Numbered from the stretch's first letter, positions 1 to 9,348 are shown. The stretch is 64,000 nucleotides of DNA from Candidatus Krumholzibacteriia bacterium (GCA_041484665.1 JBGPIA010000008.1:64001-128000), one strand, 5' to 3'. Notes: generated by a model from the letters alone, not told the origin. Program-made: numbers and translations.

Positions 1-2908
1 CCTCGACCGAGCCTGGCTCGAGGCTCCAGTTCGCCGGCGGCCCCTGATCGGCGGACGGCCGGACGTCGGCAGGCCTGGCCTCGGCCGGCCTGAAGTCTGA
101 CACCCGGACGTCCGGCGGCCTACCAGCGGCTGCCCTGGGATCGAAAGCCCTGTCGTCGGATCGGCCGTCCGACGGTCTGGAGTCGGTCCTTGAGTCCGAT
201 GGCTTGGACTCGTCCGCCGGGCGCCCGGACTCGGCCCTGCGCCCGCCCTTGCCGCGCGCGTCGCTGCGTGCGTCGCCGCGCACCGGCCTGGATTCCTCCT
301 CGCGCACAGGCGCACCCTCCTCGCGCACAGGCGCGCCCTCCTCGCTCCGGCGGGCCGCCGCGAATCGTGACCGGCGCCGGCGCCGCGACCGTCCAGACAG
401 CCCTGCGTCGGGTTCCCGCAGCACTGCTCCCGCGATGTCGCCGACCTCCTCGTCCCCACCCGTTTCCGGGCCCGTCCTCACACGGAAGTCGTCGTCCAAA
501 TCTGCGCCCGGCGCATCGAAGGGCAGCTCCGCCGGGCGGGCGCGCTCGAGCGGTGATCCCGTCGAACGCTCGCCCCCGATGGATTCGCCCTCAGCCTCCG
601 GGCGCCCGGTCTCCGGCCCCCCCGGACGCTCCTCACTGCGGCGGCGTCCACGCCTGCCACGGCGTCCACGCGGGCGATCCTCGGCCGTCTCTGGCCGCGG
701 GGCGCCGGTGTCGCGCGCATCCACCCGATCGTCACGATCGTCTCCGGCGGCAGCGCGCCGGGCGCGATCGCGACGTCCTTCCAGCTCGGGAGGCGTCGCG
801 GCCTCGTCGGACCGGGCACCTGGTACCCGCCCGGAGCGAACGTCGCGCCCCGCGCGCTCGGTGCCGCGGTCCCGCCCGCGGTCGCGACCGCGACCACGGT
901 CCCGGCTGACGTCACGATCGCGGCTGACGTCGCGAGTCGCGTCGCGGTCGCGGCTGACGTCGCGAGTCGCATCGCGGCTGACGTCGCGGGTGGCGTCGCG
1001 GGTCGCATCGCGGCTGGCGTCGCGGTCAGGGGTCACATCGCGGTTCGTGTCGCGGTCACGGGTCACATCACGGGTAGTGTCGCGCGTGGCGTCCCGATCG
1101 CGGTCACGACCCCGGCCACGCTCACGTCCGCGCCCGCCCTCCGCCGAGGCTTGCGCCGAGCGTCCCCGCCCGCGCGCGCCCCCCCGCTCCGCCATCCGCC
1201 CGCCACCGCGCTCGCCGTCGGCGCGCTCGCCGCGCTCCCGGCGCTCACCGCGCTCGGCACGGTCGCCGGGCTCGGCGTGCTCGCCGCGCTCGCGGCGATC
1301 GCTCCGGCGGTCGTCGCGCGGTCCGCGCCGCAGCTCGCCGACGTGGCGGCGGCGCGTCTCGAACGCGCCAGCCGGAACCCCGTCGAGCTCGGTGGTGAGG
1401 TCCTTGCGCCGGACCAGCGACACGATCTTGAAATCCTCGCGGTGGATCCGCGGGTCATCAAGGATATCAAGCTTCATGTCGTAGCGGGTGGCGATCTGCG
1501 CGATGCCCTCGTGGCGCTCGTTGAGCAGATGGATGGCCAGGCTTGGATTGGCTTGGACCTGCAGCGTCCGCTCCGCGGTGGTGGCACCCGCCTTGATGAG
1601 CAAGCGCTCCACTTTGTTCGCCAGTGTGTCCAGCGAGAGCACCTGTCCGGTCCCCTGGCAGAACGGGCAGTCGTCGGAGAGGAGAGTCTGCAGGCTTTCG
1701 CGCACACGCTGGCGGCTCATCTCCACCAGCCCCAGCTCGCTCACGGCGAACGTCTTGGTGCGGCTGCGGTCGAGTCTGAGATGGGTGCGCAGCTCGTTGA
1801 GCACCTTGCGCCGGTCGTTCTCGTTCTCCATGTCGATGAAATCGATCACGATGATGCCGCCGATGTCGCGCAAGCGCAGCTGGCGGGGGATCTCCCGGGC
1901 GGCCATCATGTTCGTCTGGAGGATCGTCTCCTCCTGGTTCTTCTTGCCGGTGTAGCGGCCGGTGTTCACGTCGATGGCGACCAGGGCCTCGGCCTCGTCG
2001 ATGACGATGTAGCCGCCCTTCTTCATCCAGACCTTCCGCTCCAGGCTGCGCTTGAGCTCGGCCTCGATGCCGAACTTGTCGAAGATGGGTGAGTCGCCGG
2101 CGTAGTAGTGGATGCGATCTTTGAGCTCCGGGGCAAAGGTCTTCACGTACTCGACCAGGCGCTGGTGGTCCTCCTTGTTGTCGATGTGCAGCGCCGTGAC
2201 GTCGTCGGTGAAGATGTCGCGCACCATTCCCACCATCAGACCGACGTCCTCGTGGACCAGGGCAGGAGCCTTGGCCGGGGTGGCCCGCTCCTTGAGCTGA
2301 TCCCACAGGTTGCGCAAGTACTCCATGTCGTTGCGCAGAAGCTTTTCGCTGATCCCCTCGCCGGCGGTCCGCACGATGTAGGCGCCTTCGGCCGGACGCA
2401 GGCTGGCGAGCAGCTCCTTGAGCCGCCCCCGCTCCGTGCGATCCTCGATCTTGCGGCTGACGCCCACGTGGTCGCCCATGGGCATCAGCACCAGGAACCG
2501 CCCGGGCAGGCTGATGTCCGCCGTGAGACGGGGCCCTTTGGTGCCGATGGCTTCCTTGGTGGCCTGGACGAGGATGGTGTCCCCTTCCCTGATCATGCTC
2601 TCGATTGGGCGCAGGCCCTCACGCGGGCGGCCGCGCCCGCGGCGGCCACGGCCCGCTTCCTCGTCGTCATCGGGCGAGTCGTGGACCAGGTCGCTGACGT
2701 GGAGGAAGCCGGCCTTGTCGACCCCGATATCGATGAAGGCGGCCTGCAGCCCGGGACGGACTGCGGTCACCACACCTTTGTAGACGTTGCCCACCATGCG
2801 CCGCGAATCGGCGCGCTCCATGGAGAACTCCACGAGGTCGTGATCCTCCAGGATCCCGACGCGGATCTCGTTGGGGGTGGAGTTGACGATGATTTCCTTT
2901 TGCATCAT
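1..2908 (-). CDS. rne: Rne/Rng family ribonuclease (RNase E/G) with long disordered C-terminal tail; 3' end lies beyond the window
   Basis: Manual translation from ATG 2908/2905 gives (M)MQKEIIVNSTPNEIRVGILED..., S1-domain GNVYKGVV...LQAAFIDIG, catalytic DVNTGRY and GGIIVIDFIDM, and Zn-link CPFC. Absent from the ORF track, consistent with the frame running off the edge. The tail is R/D/E/G/P-rich. Confidence 0.95.
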   Translation of the reverse strand, partial: MMQKEIIVNSTPNEIRVGILEDHDLVEFSMERADSRRMVGNVYKGVVTAVRPGLQAAFIDIGVDKAGFLHVSDLVHDSPDDDEEAGRGRRGRGRPREGLRPIESMIREGDTILVQATKEAIGTKGPRLTADISLPGRFLVLMPMGDHVGVSRKIEDRTERGRLKELLASLRPAEGAYIVRTAGEGISEKLLRNDMEYLRNLWDQLKERATPAKAPALVHEDVGLMVGMVRDIFTDDVTALHIDNKEDHQRLVEYVKTFAPELKDRIHYYAGDSPIFDKFGIEAELKRSLERKVWMKKGGYIVIDEAEALVAIDVNTGRYTGKKNQEETILQTNMMAAREIPRQLRLRDIGGIIVIDFIDMENENDRRKVLNELRTHLRLDRSRTKTFAVSELGLVEMSRQRVRESLQTLLSDDCPFCQGTGQVLSLDTLANKVERLLIKAGATTAERTLQVQANPSLAIHLLNERHEGIAQIATRYDMKLDILDDPRIHREDFKIVSLVRRKDLTTELDGVPAGAFETRRRHVGELRRGPRDDRRSDRRERGEHAEPGDRAERGERRERGERADGERGGGRMAERGGARGRGRSAQASAEGGRGRERGRGRDRDRDATRDTTRDVTRDRDTNRDVTPDRDASRDATRDATRDVSRDATRDVSRDRDATRDVSRDRDVSRDRGRGRDRGRDRGTERAGRDVRSGRVPGARSDEAATPPELEGRRDRARRAAAGDDRDDRVDARDTGAPRPETAEDRPRGRRGRRGRRRSEERPGGPETGRPEAEGESIGGERSTGSPLERARPAELPFDAPGADLDDDFRVRTGPETGGDEEVGDIAGAVLREPDAGLSGRSRRRRRSRFAAARRSEEGAPVREEGAPVREEESRPVRGDARSDARGKGGRRAESGRPADESKPSDSRTDSRPSDGRSDDRAFDPRAAAGRPPDVRVSDFRPAEARPADVRPSADQGPPANWSLEPGSVE
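295..345. repeat. 21-bp tandem repeat (~2.4 copies) encoding (E)EGAPVR units in the RNase E tail
   Basis: cctcctcgcgcacaggcgc(a/g)c at 295-315 and 316-336, partial copy at 337-345. Confidence 0.85.
868..1110 (-). repeat. Degenerate 12-bp coding repeat array, ~14 x RD[ATV][TSN] interspersed with RD/RG dipeptides
   Basis: Manual translation: RDATRDTTRDVTRDRDTNRDVTPDRDASRDATRDATRDVSRDATRDVSRDRDATRDVSRDRDVSRD. Confidence 0.9.
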
Positions 2909-2920
2909 GCCTCGGCGCGT

Positions 2921-5407
2921 TCACGCGCAGTGTTTGGCTTTGTCTCTCAGCTCACGCTTTGCCGCCGCGATCAGCTCGATCGGTGTCAAGAGCACGCCGG
3001 GCTGCGCCTGGCGGCGCGCGAGGAGGCGGGTCCGACGGACCCGTAGTGTGCGGACGTCCGTGACGAGGTCGCCCAGGAGCAGCGAGAGCAGCTCCAACGC
3101 GCCCAGCTTCGGCCCGGGTGCGGCGAGGTCCAGCGCAAACGCCAGGACCGCGGCGCCGTCGCCCTGCGGCTTCAGACGGAGTTCCGTGACCCGAGCCTTG
3201 GGATCGATCCCCTCCCGCGACGGCGCCGGCCACTGCCCGCCGTCCTGCAGCTCGCGCACGCGCCGCTCCAGCGCGGCCACGTCCGCCATCCGGTCGCGCC
3301 AGCAGGGCGCGGGGAGGTCAGCCTCGTAGTGGGCGACCACAAGCTGCGTCAGGGATCCGCAGCTCCCCCCGGGCGGGACCCACCGTGCGTGGGTCGCCTG
3401 CAACCCTTCGGGGAGCCACTCGTTGAGCAACGGGAGCAGGTGCGGGGTCTTGTGGGTGAGGCTCAGGTCGACGAATTCCTGACACCCTTCGACCCCGGCC
3501 GGAAGCGGCGGTCCGAACGTCACCTTAGGGCGCGGCCGGGCCACGCCCGAGATGGCCAGCGGGAGCCCCGAGCGCTCGCACGCCAGCAGGAACGCCTCCG
3601 ACAGTTCCCTGTGGTTGAGATGGCGCAGCCGTCCGCGCTTCTCATATTGCACGCGATACTCGAAGTAGCGCGGCACCAGCGTCTGCCAACGGCGCCAGCG
3701 ATCGGAAAGCGCGCGGACGCCCTCCTCGCGGGCCACCGTGCGTGCGGCAGGAGCGCCGGGCGCGCTGTGCGCCGTTGCCGGCGTCGCGTTCGCCGTCGAT
3801 CCGGACTGCTGTCCGGGCTGCTGTGCGGCCTGCTGTTCTGCCACCAGGCCTACCAATCCCTCCAGCCCCGTGCGCTCGGCCGCTGCCTCGGCCGGTCGCG
3901 CCCCAGCGCCGACTTCGCCGGCCACAGCGGCCGCCGTCGTGGGGGCGTGCCCTGAGGCGGCGAGCGCCAGCTGCCACACCTGCCGATCGTGCGCGAGCGG
4001 CCGCCCGGGCGTCAGCGGCGCGCGGCGCACCACGTCCTCCACGACCGTCGCGAGGTCGGCGCTGCCCGCCGCGAGCGCACCGCAGATCCACGCAGTGTCT
4101 TCATCCAGTGGATCCGCCTGCTGCAACGGTCGCGCGCCGTCTCCCTTCAAGGACTCGCGCTGTGCTTCCCAGTCGCGCCACGCCGGCGACGGGTGCGGCG
4201 GAGCATCAGGTGCCAGGTACGGAACCACCGAGATGCTGAGCCCCATTCCCGACGCCGCGCAGAGGGCCTGCAGCTGCTCCACCAAGGGTCGGATCGCGGC
4301 GCGGTCGCGCGCGTCCTCTTGGGGCAGCCCGACCGCGAGCCGAACGGTGAGCTGGCCCTGCTTGCGCGCGAGCAGGCTTTCGCACGCCACCTGCAACTCT
4401 TGGCCGTCGATCAGACCGAGCGCGGCCCGCAGTCGCGCGCTGGCGGCCCACAGGTGCAGCACCGCGCGCCCGCGCTGCTGCTCCACCCAGGGCGGGGCCA
4501 GGTGCCCCGCGAAAACCGGCAGGGCAACTCTCGCGCTGCCGGAGCTGACCGGCGCAGGGCTGCCGACCGGACTCGTGCTGAGGCCGGGCGCGCTGCCGAT
4601 GGCCAGCCCAGCGCTGCCCGGCTGCCCATTGTCGTCGGCCGGCCTGGCGTCGTGCCCGGGTGCTGTGTCGTGGCCTGGTGCTGTGTCGCAGACCTGCGCC
4701 GCGTCGCCGGCCGTGCGACGAGGGTCGATCCGGACGGCGGGCTCGACGGTTCGGCCGGCGGTCGCCAGCGCGCGCAGGCCGCGGCGCAGGTCCGCCATCT
4801 CGTGGTCGAGCAGGAGAACCACGGCCTGTGCGGCGGCCTCCACCGTGCCGATGGCCAGAACCGCGTCGGCGAACACGCGCGCCAGCTGCGGCAGACTGGC
4901 GGCGCAAGGCCCTGCGGCCAGTAGCAGCGGCGACTGCGCGGCCCGCTCGCTCGCGCGCCCGGCCAGGGCCTGGACTCTCAGAAGCGCCAGAAGACCTACG
5001 AGCTGGGTCGGCTCCTCCAGCCAGACCAGCCACAGCGGATGCTGGAGCAGCGGGATCCAGTCGGGCAGCGAGAACGGCTGTAGGCGCTGGCGGACGAGCT
5101 CCGCGAGCAGATCCGGTGGCGGGAGGTAGGCGACGTGGAAGGAGACGCCCGCCTGCCGCTCGAGCGCGTCGCGCAGCCGGAACGGGGGCGAGCAGACGTC
5201 GGCGCTCTCTGGCAGCGAAGGCCAGAGCAGCAGCGGTTGGTGCGTGTTCGCGGGCTCCAGCTCGATCCGGCGAGCCCGCAGTGGCTCGATGAAGCGTCCC
5301 GGGCGCTCAAGACGAGGGAGAATCTCCTCGTCGAGCAGCCGATGCATCCGGGCCAGCTCCGGATCGACCCTTCGCCCGCCAGCCACCACAGGGTGGTCGT
5401 AGGTCAC
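2921..5407 (-). CDS. TIGR03936/DUF2344 radical-SAM-linked protein fused to a degenerate TIGR03960-like N-terminal region lacking CX3CX2C
   Basis: C-terminal YRVQYEKRGRLRHLNHRELSEAF...PRPKVTFGPPLPAGVEG..EFVDL matches DUF2344. N-terminal ILPRLERPGRF...LLLAAGPCA resembles the TIGR03960 family. Lies directly upstream of rne, the usual context for this family. Confidence 0.8.
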   Translation of the reverse strand: MTYDHPVVAGGRRVDPELARMHRLLDEEILPRLERPGRFIEPLRARRIELEPANTHQPLLLWPSLPESADVCSPPFRLRDALERQAGVSFHVAYLPPPDLLAELVRQRLQPFSLPDWIPLLQHPLWLVWLEEPTQLVGLLALLRVQALAGRASERAAQSPLLLAAGPCAASLPQLARVFADAVLAIGTVEAAAQAVVLLLDHEMADLRRGLRALATAGRTVEPAVRIDPRRTAGDAAQVCDTAPGHDTAPGHDARPADDNGQPGSAGLAIGSAPGLSTSPVGSPAPVSSGSARVALPVFAGHLAPPWVEQQRGRAVLHLWAASARLRAALGLIDGQELQVACESLLARKQGQLTVRLAVGLPQEDARDRAAIRPLVEQLQALCAASGMGLSISVVPYLAPDAPPHPSPAWRDWEAQRESLKGDGARPLQQADPLDEDTAWICGALAAGSADLATVVEDVVRRAPLTPGRPLAHDRQVWQLALAASGHAPTTAAAVAGEVGAGARPAEAAAERTGLEGLVGLVAEQQAAQQPGQQSGSTANATPATAHSAPGAPAARTVAREEGVRALSDRWRRWQTLVPRYFEYRVQYEKRGRLRHLNHRELSEAFLLACERSGLPLAISGVARPRPKVTFGPPLPAGVEGCQEFVDLSLTHKTPHLLPLLNEWLPEGLQATHARWVPPGGSCGSLTQLVVAHYEADLPAPCWRDRMADVAALERRVRELQDGGQWPAPSREGIDPKARVTELRLKPQGDGAAVLAFALDLAAPGPKLGALELLSLLLGDLVTDVRTLRVRRTRLLARRQAQPGVLLTPIELIAAAKRELRDKAKHCA

Positions 5408-5455
5408 GGGCGTTTCCGAGCGTCAATGCCATTGGTCGAAGGAGGCGGCGGGTTT

Positions 5456-6838
5456 CTAGGCTCGCTCGCCCCCCACAGTGATCGACGGGATACGCAGCGT
5501 GGGCTGGGCATCGGCCACGGGGACTCCCTGGCCGTCCTTTCCACAGGTGCCCAGATCGAACCCAAGATCGCTGCCGACCATGTCGATCTGCTCCAAGATT
5601 GTGGGGCCGTTTCCGATCAACGTGGCGCCTCTCACCGGGGCCCCGACCTTCCCATCCTCGATCAGGAAGGCCTCGTTCACCTTGAAAACGAAATTTCCGG
5701 TGGTCGTGTCGACCTGCCCTCCACCCATCCTCGTCACCAGAAGGCCGTGGGGCGTGGCCTGTACGATCGCGCCCGGCTCGTGCTCGCCGGGGGCGATCAA
5801 CGTGTTGGTCATACGGACGATCGGTCGGTGACGATAGGACTCCCGCCGTCCGTTGCCGGTACTTACTACGCCATCCCGCCGGGCCGTCAACCTGTCATGC
5901 ATGAAGCCTCGCAGGACTCCATGCTCCACCAAGACGGTCTTCTGGGCCGGGCTTCCCTCATCATCCACGTTCAGGAAGCCGCGGCGGCCGACGAGCGTGG
6001 CATCGTCGAGCACCGTGATCGCTGGGGCCGCGACGCGGGCTCCGACCCTGCCATGATAAACAGAAAGGCCTTTCTGGACCAGGTCCGCCTCCAGCCCGTG
6101 CCCGATGGCCTCGTGGACCATCGTGCCCCCGGCCCTGCTGTGCAGGACGACGGTCATGGGCCCGGCGGGCGCCGGCGCGGCGCCCAGCATCCGGACCGCT
6201 TGCTCGGCGATCTCCATTGCCCAAGCCCGCACGCGGTCGGGTACGAACAGCTCGAAGCCCGTGGCGCCTCCCATCACGCCGTAGGCGGACTCCAGCCGCA
6301 CGCCATCCCGGGCGATGCAGCGCAGGGTGACGGCGACCTGCACCCGGTCGTCCTCCACCGGCCCGACCTCGCCGCTGACGATCACGATCCGGCGCCGCAC
6401 ATCGGACCAGGCGACCTGCACCTCGCAGAGGCGGGGACCCACGGCGCGCGCCCAGCGCTCGACGTCGGCCAGCAGCTGGGCCTTGACCGGCAGCGCGACA
6501 GCGTCGGGGTCCTGCTGCGCTGGCACAACGAACGTGCGGGGTGGAGGCACCAGGGCCTCGATCGTCTCGCCGGGCACTACCCCGTGGAGCTGGGCTGCCA
6601 GCGCGTGGATCGACGCCTCGTCCAGCTCGTTGGTAAACCCGTAGCTGGTGCGGTCGCCCACCACCCGCCGGACGCCCAGTCCGATCTCCTGGCCGCTGTG
6701 GGCGCGCTCGAGCCGGCCGCCCTGGCGGGCCAGGACCGTGCTGCGGCGGTCCTCGAAGAACGCGTCGGCGTCGTCGGCTCCTCCGCCGCGCAGCAGCGCG
6801 ACGGCTGCGGCCATCGGCGCGAGCGGCGTCGCCCTCAC
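5456..6838 (-). CDS. tldD: TldD/PmbA family metalloprotease (TldD type)
   Basis: HEAIGHGLEAD metal motif, DDEG, TGNGRRESY, RMTNT, CGKDGQGVPV. GTG start overlaps the purF stop. Confidence 0.95.
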   Translation of the reverse strand: MRATPLAPMAAAVALLRGGGADDADAFFEDRRSTVLARQGGRLERAHSGQEIGLGVRRVVGDRTSYGFTNELDEASIHALAAQLHGVVPGETIEALVPPPRTFVVPAQQDPDAVALPVKAQLLADVERWARAVGPRLCEVQVAWSDVRRRIVIVSGEVGPVEDDRVQVAVTLRCIARDGVRLESAYGVMGGATGFELFVPDRVRAWAMEIAEQAVRMLGAAPAPAGPMTVVLHSRAGGTMVHEAIGHGLEADLVQKGLSVYHGRVGARVAAPAITVLDDATLVGRRGFLNVDDEGSPAQKTVLVEHGVLRGFMHDRLTARRDGVVSTGNGRRESYRHRPIVRMTNTLIAPGEHEPGAIVQATPHGLLVTRMGGGQVDTTTGNFVFKVNEAFLIEDGKVGAPVRGATLIGNGPTILEQIDMVGSDLGFDLGTCGKDGQGVPVADAQPTLRIPSITVGGERA

Positions 6839-8577
6839 TCGTCATCCTCGAGGAACGAAAGCGAGGGCTCACCCGCGTCGGGCGCGGCGCCGGCCTGCTC
6901 CCCGGAGTCGAGATCGGTGCGATCGGCTACGGCAACGTCCGGTGCGGCCACCGCCCCAGTCGGCACCACGCCGACCGCCAGCTCGGGCCGGGCGCCGCGT
7001 GCCCGGGTCGGCCGGCGGCGCGCGCCTTCGGCTTCGGCCTCGAAGACCTCCTTGGAGATCTGCTGCTCGAAGCGCACCGGGTAGTCTCCGGTGAAGCACG
7101 CACGGCAGAAGCCGGGGCCCCCGCCAACGGCCTCCATCATCCCGTCCAGGCTCAGGTAGCGCAGGCTCTCCACGCGCATGTAACGCGTGATCTCCTCGAC
7201 GCTGTGGCTGCTGGCGATCAACTCGCGGCGCACCGGCGTGTCGATGCCGTAGTAACAGGGATTGGTCATGGGCGGGGAGCTGATACGCAGGTGGACTTCG
7301 CGCGCGCCGGCGCCGCGGACCATCTTCACCAGCTTGCGCATGGTGGTCCCGCGCACGATCGAGTCGTCCACCAGCACGATCCGCTTGCCCTCCAGCACGC
7401 GGCGCACGGGGTTGTACTTCTTGCGCACGGAGAAGTCGCGCAGCTCCTGGGTGGGCCGGATGAACGTGCGCCCGACGTAGTGGTTGCGGATCAGGCCCAG
7501 CTCCCACGGAATGCCCGTGGCATGGCTGTAGCCCAAAGACGCCGTGTTGCTGCTGTCGGGCACGCCGACCACGTAGTCGGCGTCGCAGGGGGCCTCGCGC
7601 CCGAGGATCTCCCCCAGTCGCCGTCGCACGGCGTCCACGCTGCGGCCGTAGATGAAGCTGTCGGGGCGGCTGAAGTAGACGTACTCGAAGATGCACATCG
7701 CGTGTTCGGTGACTTCGACGAATCGGTAGGAGTCCAGCCCGCCGTCGCCGTGGAGCACGACCATTTCCCCGGGCTCCACGTCGCGCACGTAGGTAGCTCC
7801 CAGGATATCCAGAGCGCAGGTCTCGCTGGCGGCGATCCAGGCCTCCTTGAGCTTGCCCAGGCAGAGCGGCCGGAAGCCCCGCGGGTCGCGCGCCACCAGC
7901 ACCTGCTGCGGGTCGATCACGAGCACCGAGTAGGCACCCTCGACCTGGCGCAGCGCCTCGGCGCAGGCGCGGTCTACGGTCTCCTGCTTGCTGCGCGCGA
8001 TCAGGTGCAGGATCACCTCGCTGTCGTTGGTCGTGTTGAAGATCGAGCCCACGCCCTCCATCGCACGCCGCAGCTGCGCCGCGTTGACGAGGTTGCCGTT
8101 GTGGGCGACCGCCAGGCTGCCGCGCTTGTAGGTGACCTGGATCGGCTGGGCATTGAGCAGGTTGCTGCTGCCGGTCGTGCTGTACCGCACGTGACCGATG
8201 GCCATGTGCCCGCGCAGCCCGGCCACGGCCTCCTGCGTGAGCACGTCGCTCACATGTCCCATCTGTTTGAACGAGGTGAGGACGTGGCCGTCCGCAACGG
8301 CCAGACCGGCCGACTCCTGCCCGCGGTGCTGCAGCGCGGCCAGTCCGATGGCCGCCAGGCTCGCGGCCTCGGGATGGCCCACCACGGCCATGATACCGCA
8401 CTCTTCGTGCAGGCGATCGCCGTGCAGGCGATCGCCGTGCGGCGGATGGCCATGCGAGCGATCGCGCTGCGGCACGGCGCGGCGCGGGCAGTCGTCGTTC
8501 AGCGCGCCGTCGCCCGGGGCCCCGCCAGCGGGCGACCCCTCGTCGCGACGATCTCCTGGCGCGTACGGCGCGCTCAT
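6835..8577 (-). CDS. purF: Amidophosphoribosyltransferase (Bacillus type, 4Fe-4S, with propeptide)
   Basis: EE|CGI processing site, LQHRGQES, GHVRYST, HNGN, VDDSIVRGTT, Fe-S Cys in CIFEY, PCYYGID and CRAC. ATG 8577 has a GAGGAGG RBS and an ATGA overlap. Confidence 0.97.
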   Translation of the reverse strand: MSAPYAPGDRRDEGSPAGGAPGDGALNDDCPRRAVPQRDRSHGHPPHGDRLHGDRLHEECGIMAVVGHPEAASLAAIGLAALQHRGQESAGLAVADGHVLTSFKQMGHVSDVLTQEAVAGLRGHMAIGHVRYSTTGSSNLLNAQPIQVTYKRGSLAVAHNGNLVNAAQLRRAMEGVGSIFNTTNDSEVILHLIARSKQETVDRACAEALRQVEGAYSVLVIDPQQVLVARDPRGFRPLCLGKLKEAWIAASETCALDILGATYVRDVEPGEMVVLHGDGGLDSYRFVEVTEHAMCIFEYVYFSRPDSFIYGRSVDAVRRRLGEILGREAPCDADYVVGVPDSSNTASLGYSHATGIPWELGLIRNHYVGRTFIRPTQELRDFSVRKKYNPVRRVLEGKRIVLVDDSIVRGTTMRKLVKMVRGAGAREVHLRISSPPMTNPCYYGIDTPVRRELIASSHSVEEITRYMRVESLRYLSLDGMMEAVGGGPGFCRACFTGDYPVRFEQQISKEVFEAEAEGARRRPTRARGARPELAVGVVPTGAVAAPDVAVADRTDLDSGEQAGAAPDAGEPSLSFLEDDE

Positions 8578-9326
8578 CGCGCGACCTCCTCGGACAGGGG
8601 CATCGGTTCCCGCAGCTGCGCCCAGCCCTGGATGTGGGGATGGATCAGCAGGCCCTGGCTGCGCGTGCGGGTGATCGACGCCTCCTGGGCCACGGCCGCC
8701 GCCTCCGAATCGGTCGCGGTGCGCAGCACGAGGGTCCACAGCTGCATGCGCAGCAGGCGCGCGTCCGGCGCCGGCCAATGCCCCTGCGGCAACGGCCCGA
8801 CGGGCTGGTCGCGCTCCCACGCCGCGAGCGTCACCGCCCAGGCGCCCCCCACGGGCGGCGGAGCCAGCCACGCATCAAGCTCGTCACGACCGCGCGCCGC
8901 GGCCAGATCGCGGCGGTCCGTCCCCACCAGCGCTCGCAGCCACGGCACCGGCCAACGGCCCGCCGCGCTGGCGGCGCCCGCCGCGCTGGCGGCCGTGGCA
9001 GTTGCGGCAGCGAGCGCGCCGGGAGCGGCTTCGTAGAAGGCGTAGCGATGCTTGTTGGGATTGACCCAGTCGGCTCGCGCCAGGCAGGCCAGCTCCCACT
9101 GACGGGGCGCGCCCTGTAGCTCGCTGCGCGCAGCACCCGGGCGCGCCTGCGGGCCGCCGCCAGAGTCAGCTCGCGCCGTGGCGGCGCCACCGAGCACGTA
9201 ACCGTCGTCGCGCAGCACGGCCACTAGCCGGTCGCCCAGACCGCACGGGCCGCGCAACGCAGTGGCGGCGCTCATCGCCACCAGATCCACGCCGCGGAAG
9301 CGCACGAGCAGGGCCAGCTCGCTCAC
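8574..9326 (-). CDS. purS: Probable PurS-like protein with two tandem PurS-like units
   Basis: Lies between purQ and purF. GTG 9326 follows a GAAGAGGA RBS. Unit 1 is LLVRFRGVDLVAMSAATAL...WVNPNKHRY and unit 2 is LWTLVL...AAAVAQE...GLLIHPHIQ; both resemble the PurS LLANP C-terminal signature. Confidence 0.65.
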   Translation of the reverse strand: MSELALLVRFRGVDLVAMSAATALRGPCGLGDRLVAVLRDDGYVLGGAATARADSGGGPQARPGAARSELQGAPRQWELACLARADWVNPNKHRYAFYEAAPGALAAATATAASAAGAASAAGRWPVPWLRALVGTDRRDLAAARGRDELDAWLAPPPVGGAWAVTLAAWERDQPVGPLPQGHWPAPDARLLRMQLWTLVLRTATDSEAAAVAQEASITRTRSQGLLIHPHIQGWAQLREPMPLSEEVAR

Positions 9327-9348
9327 GATTGCACCGTCCTCTTCGGTC

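Noticed and set aside
868..1110. Repeat array as a possible CRISPR or non-coding satellite
   Set aside because: No repeat-spacer structure; in-frame coding repeat with synonymous variation; no cas genes
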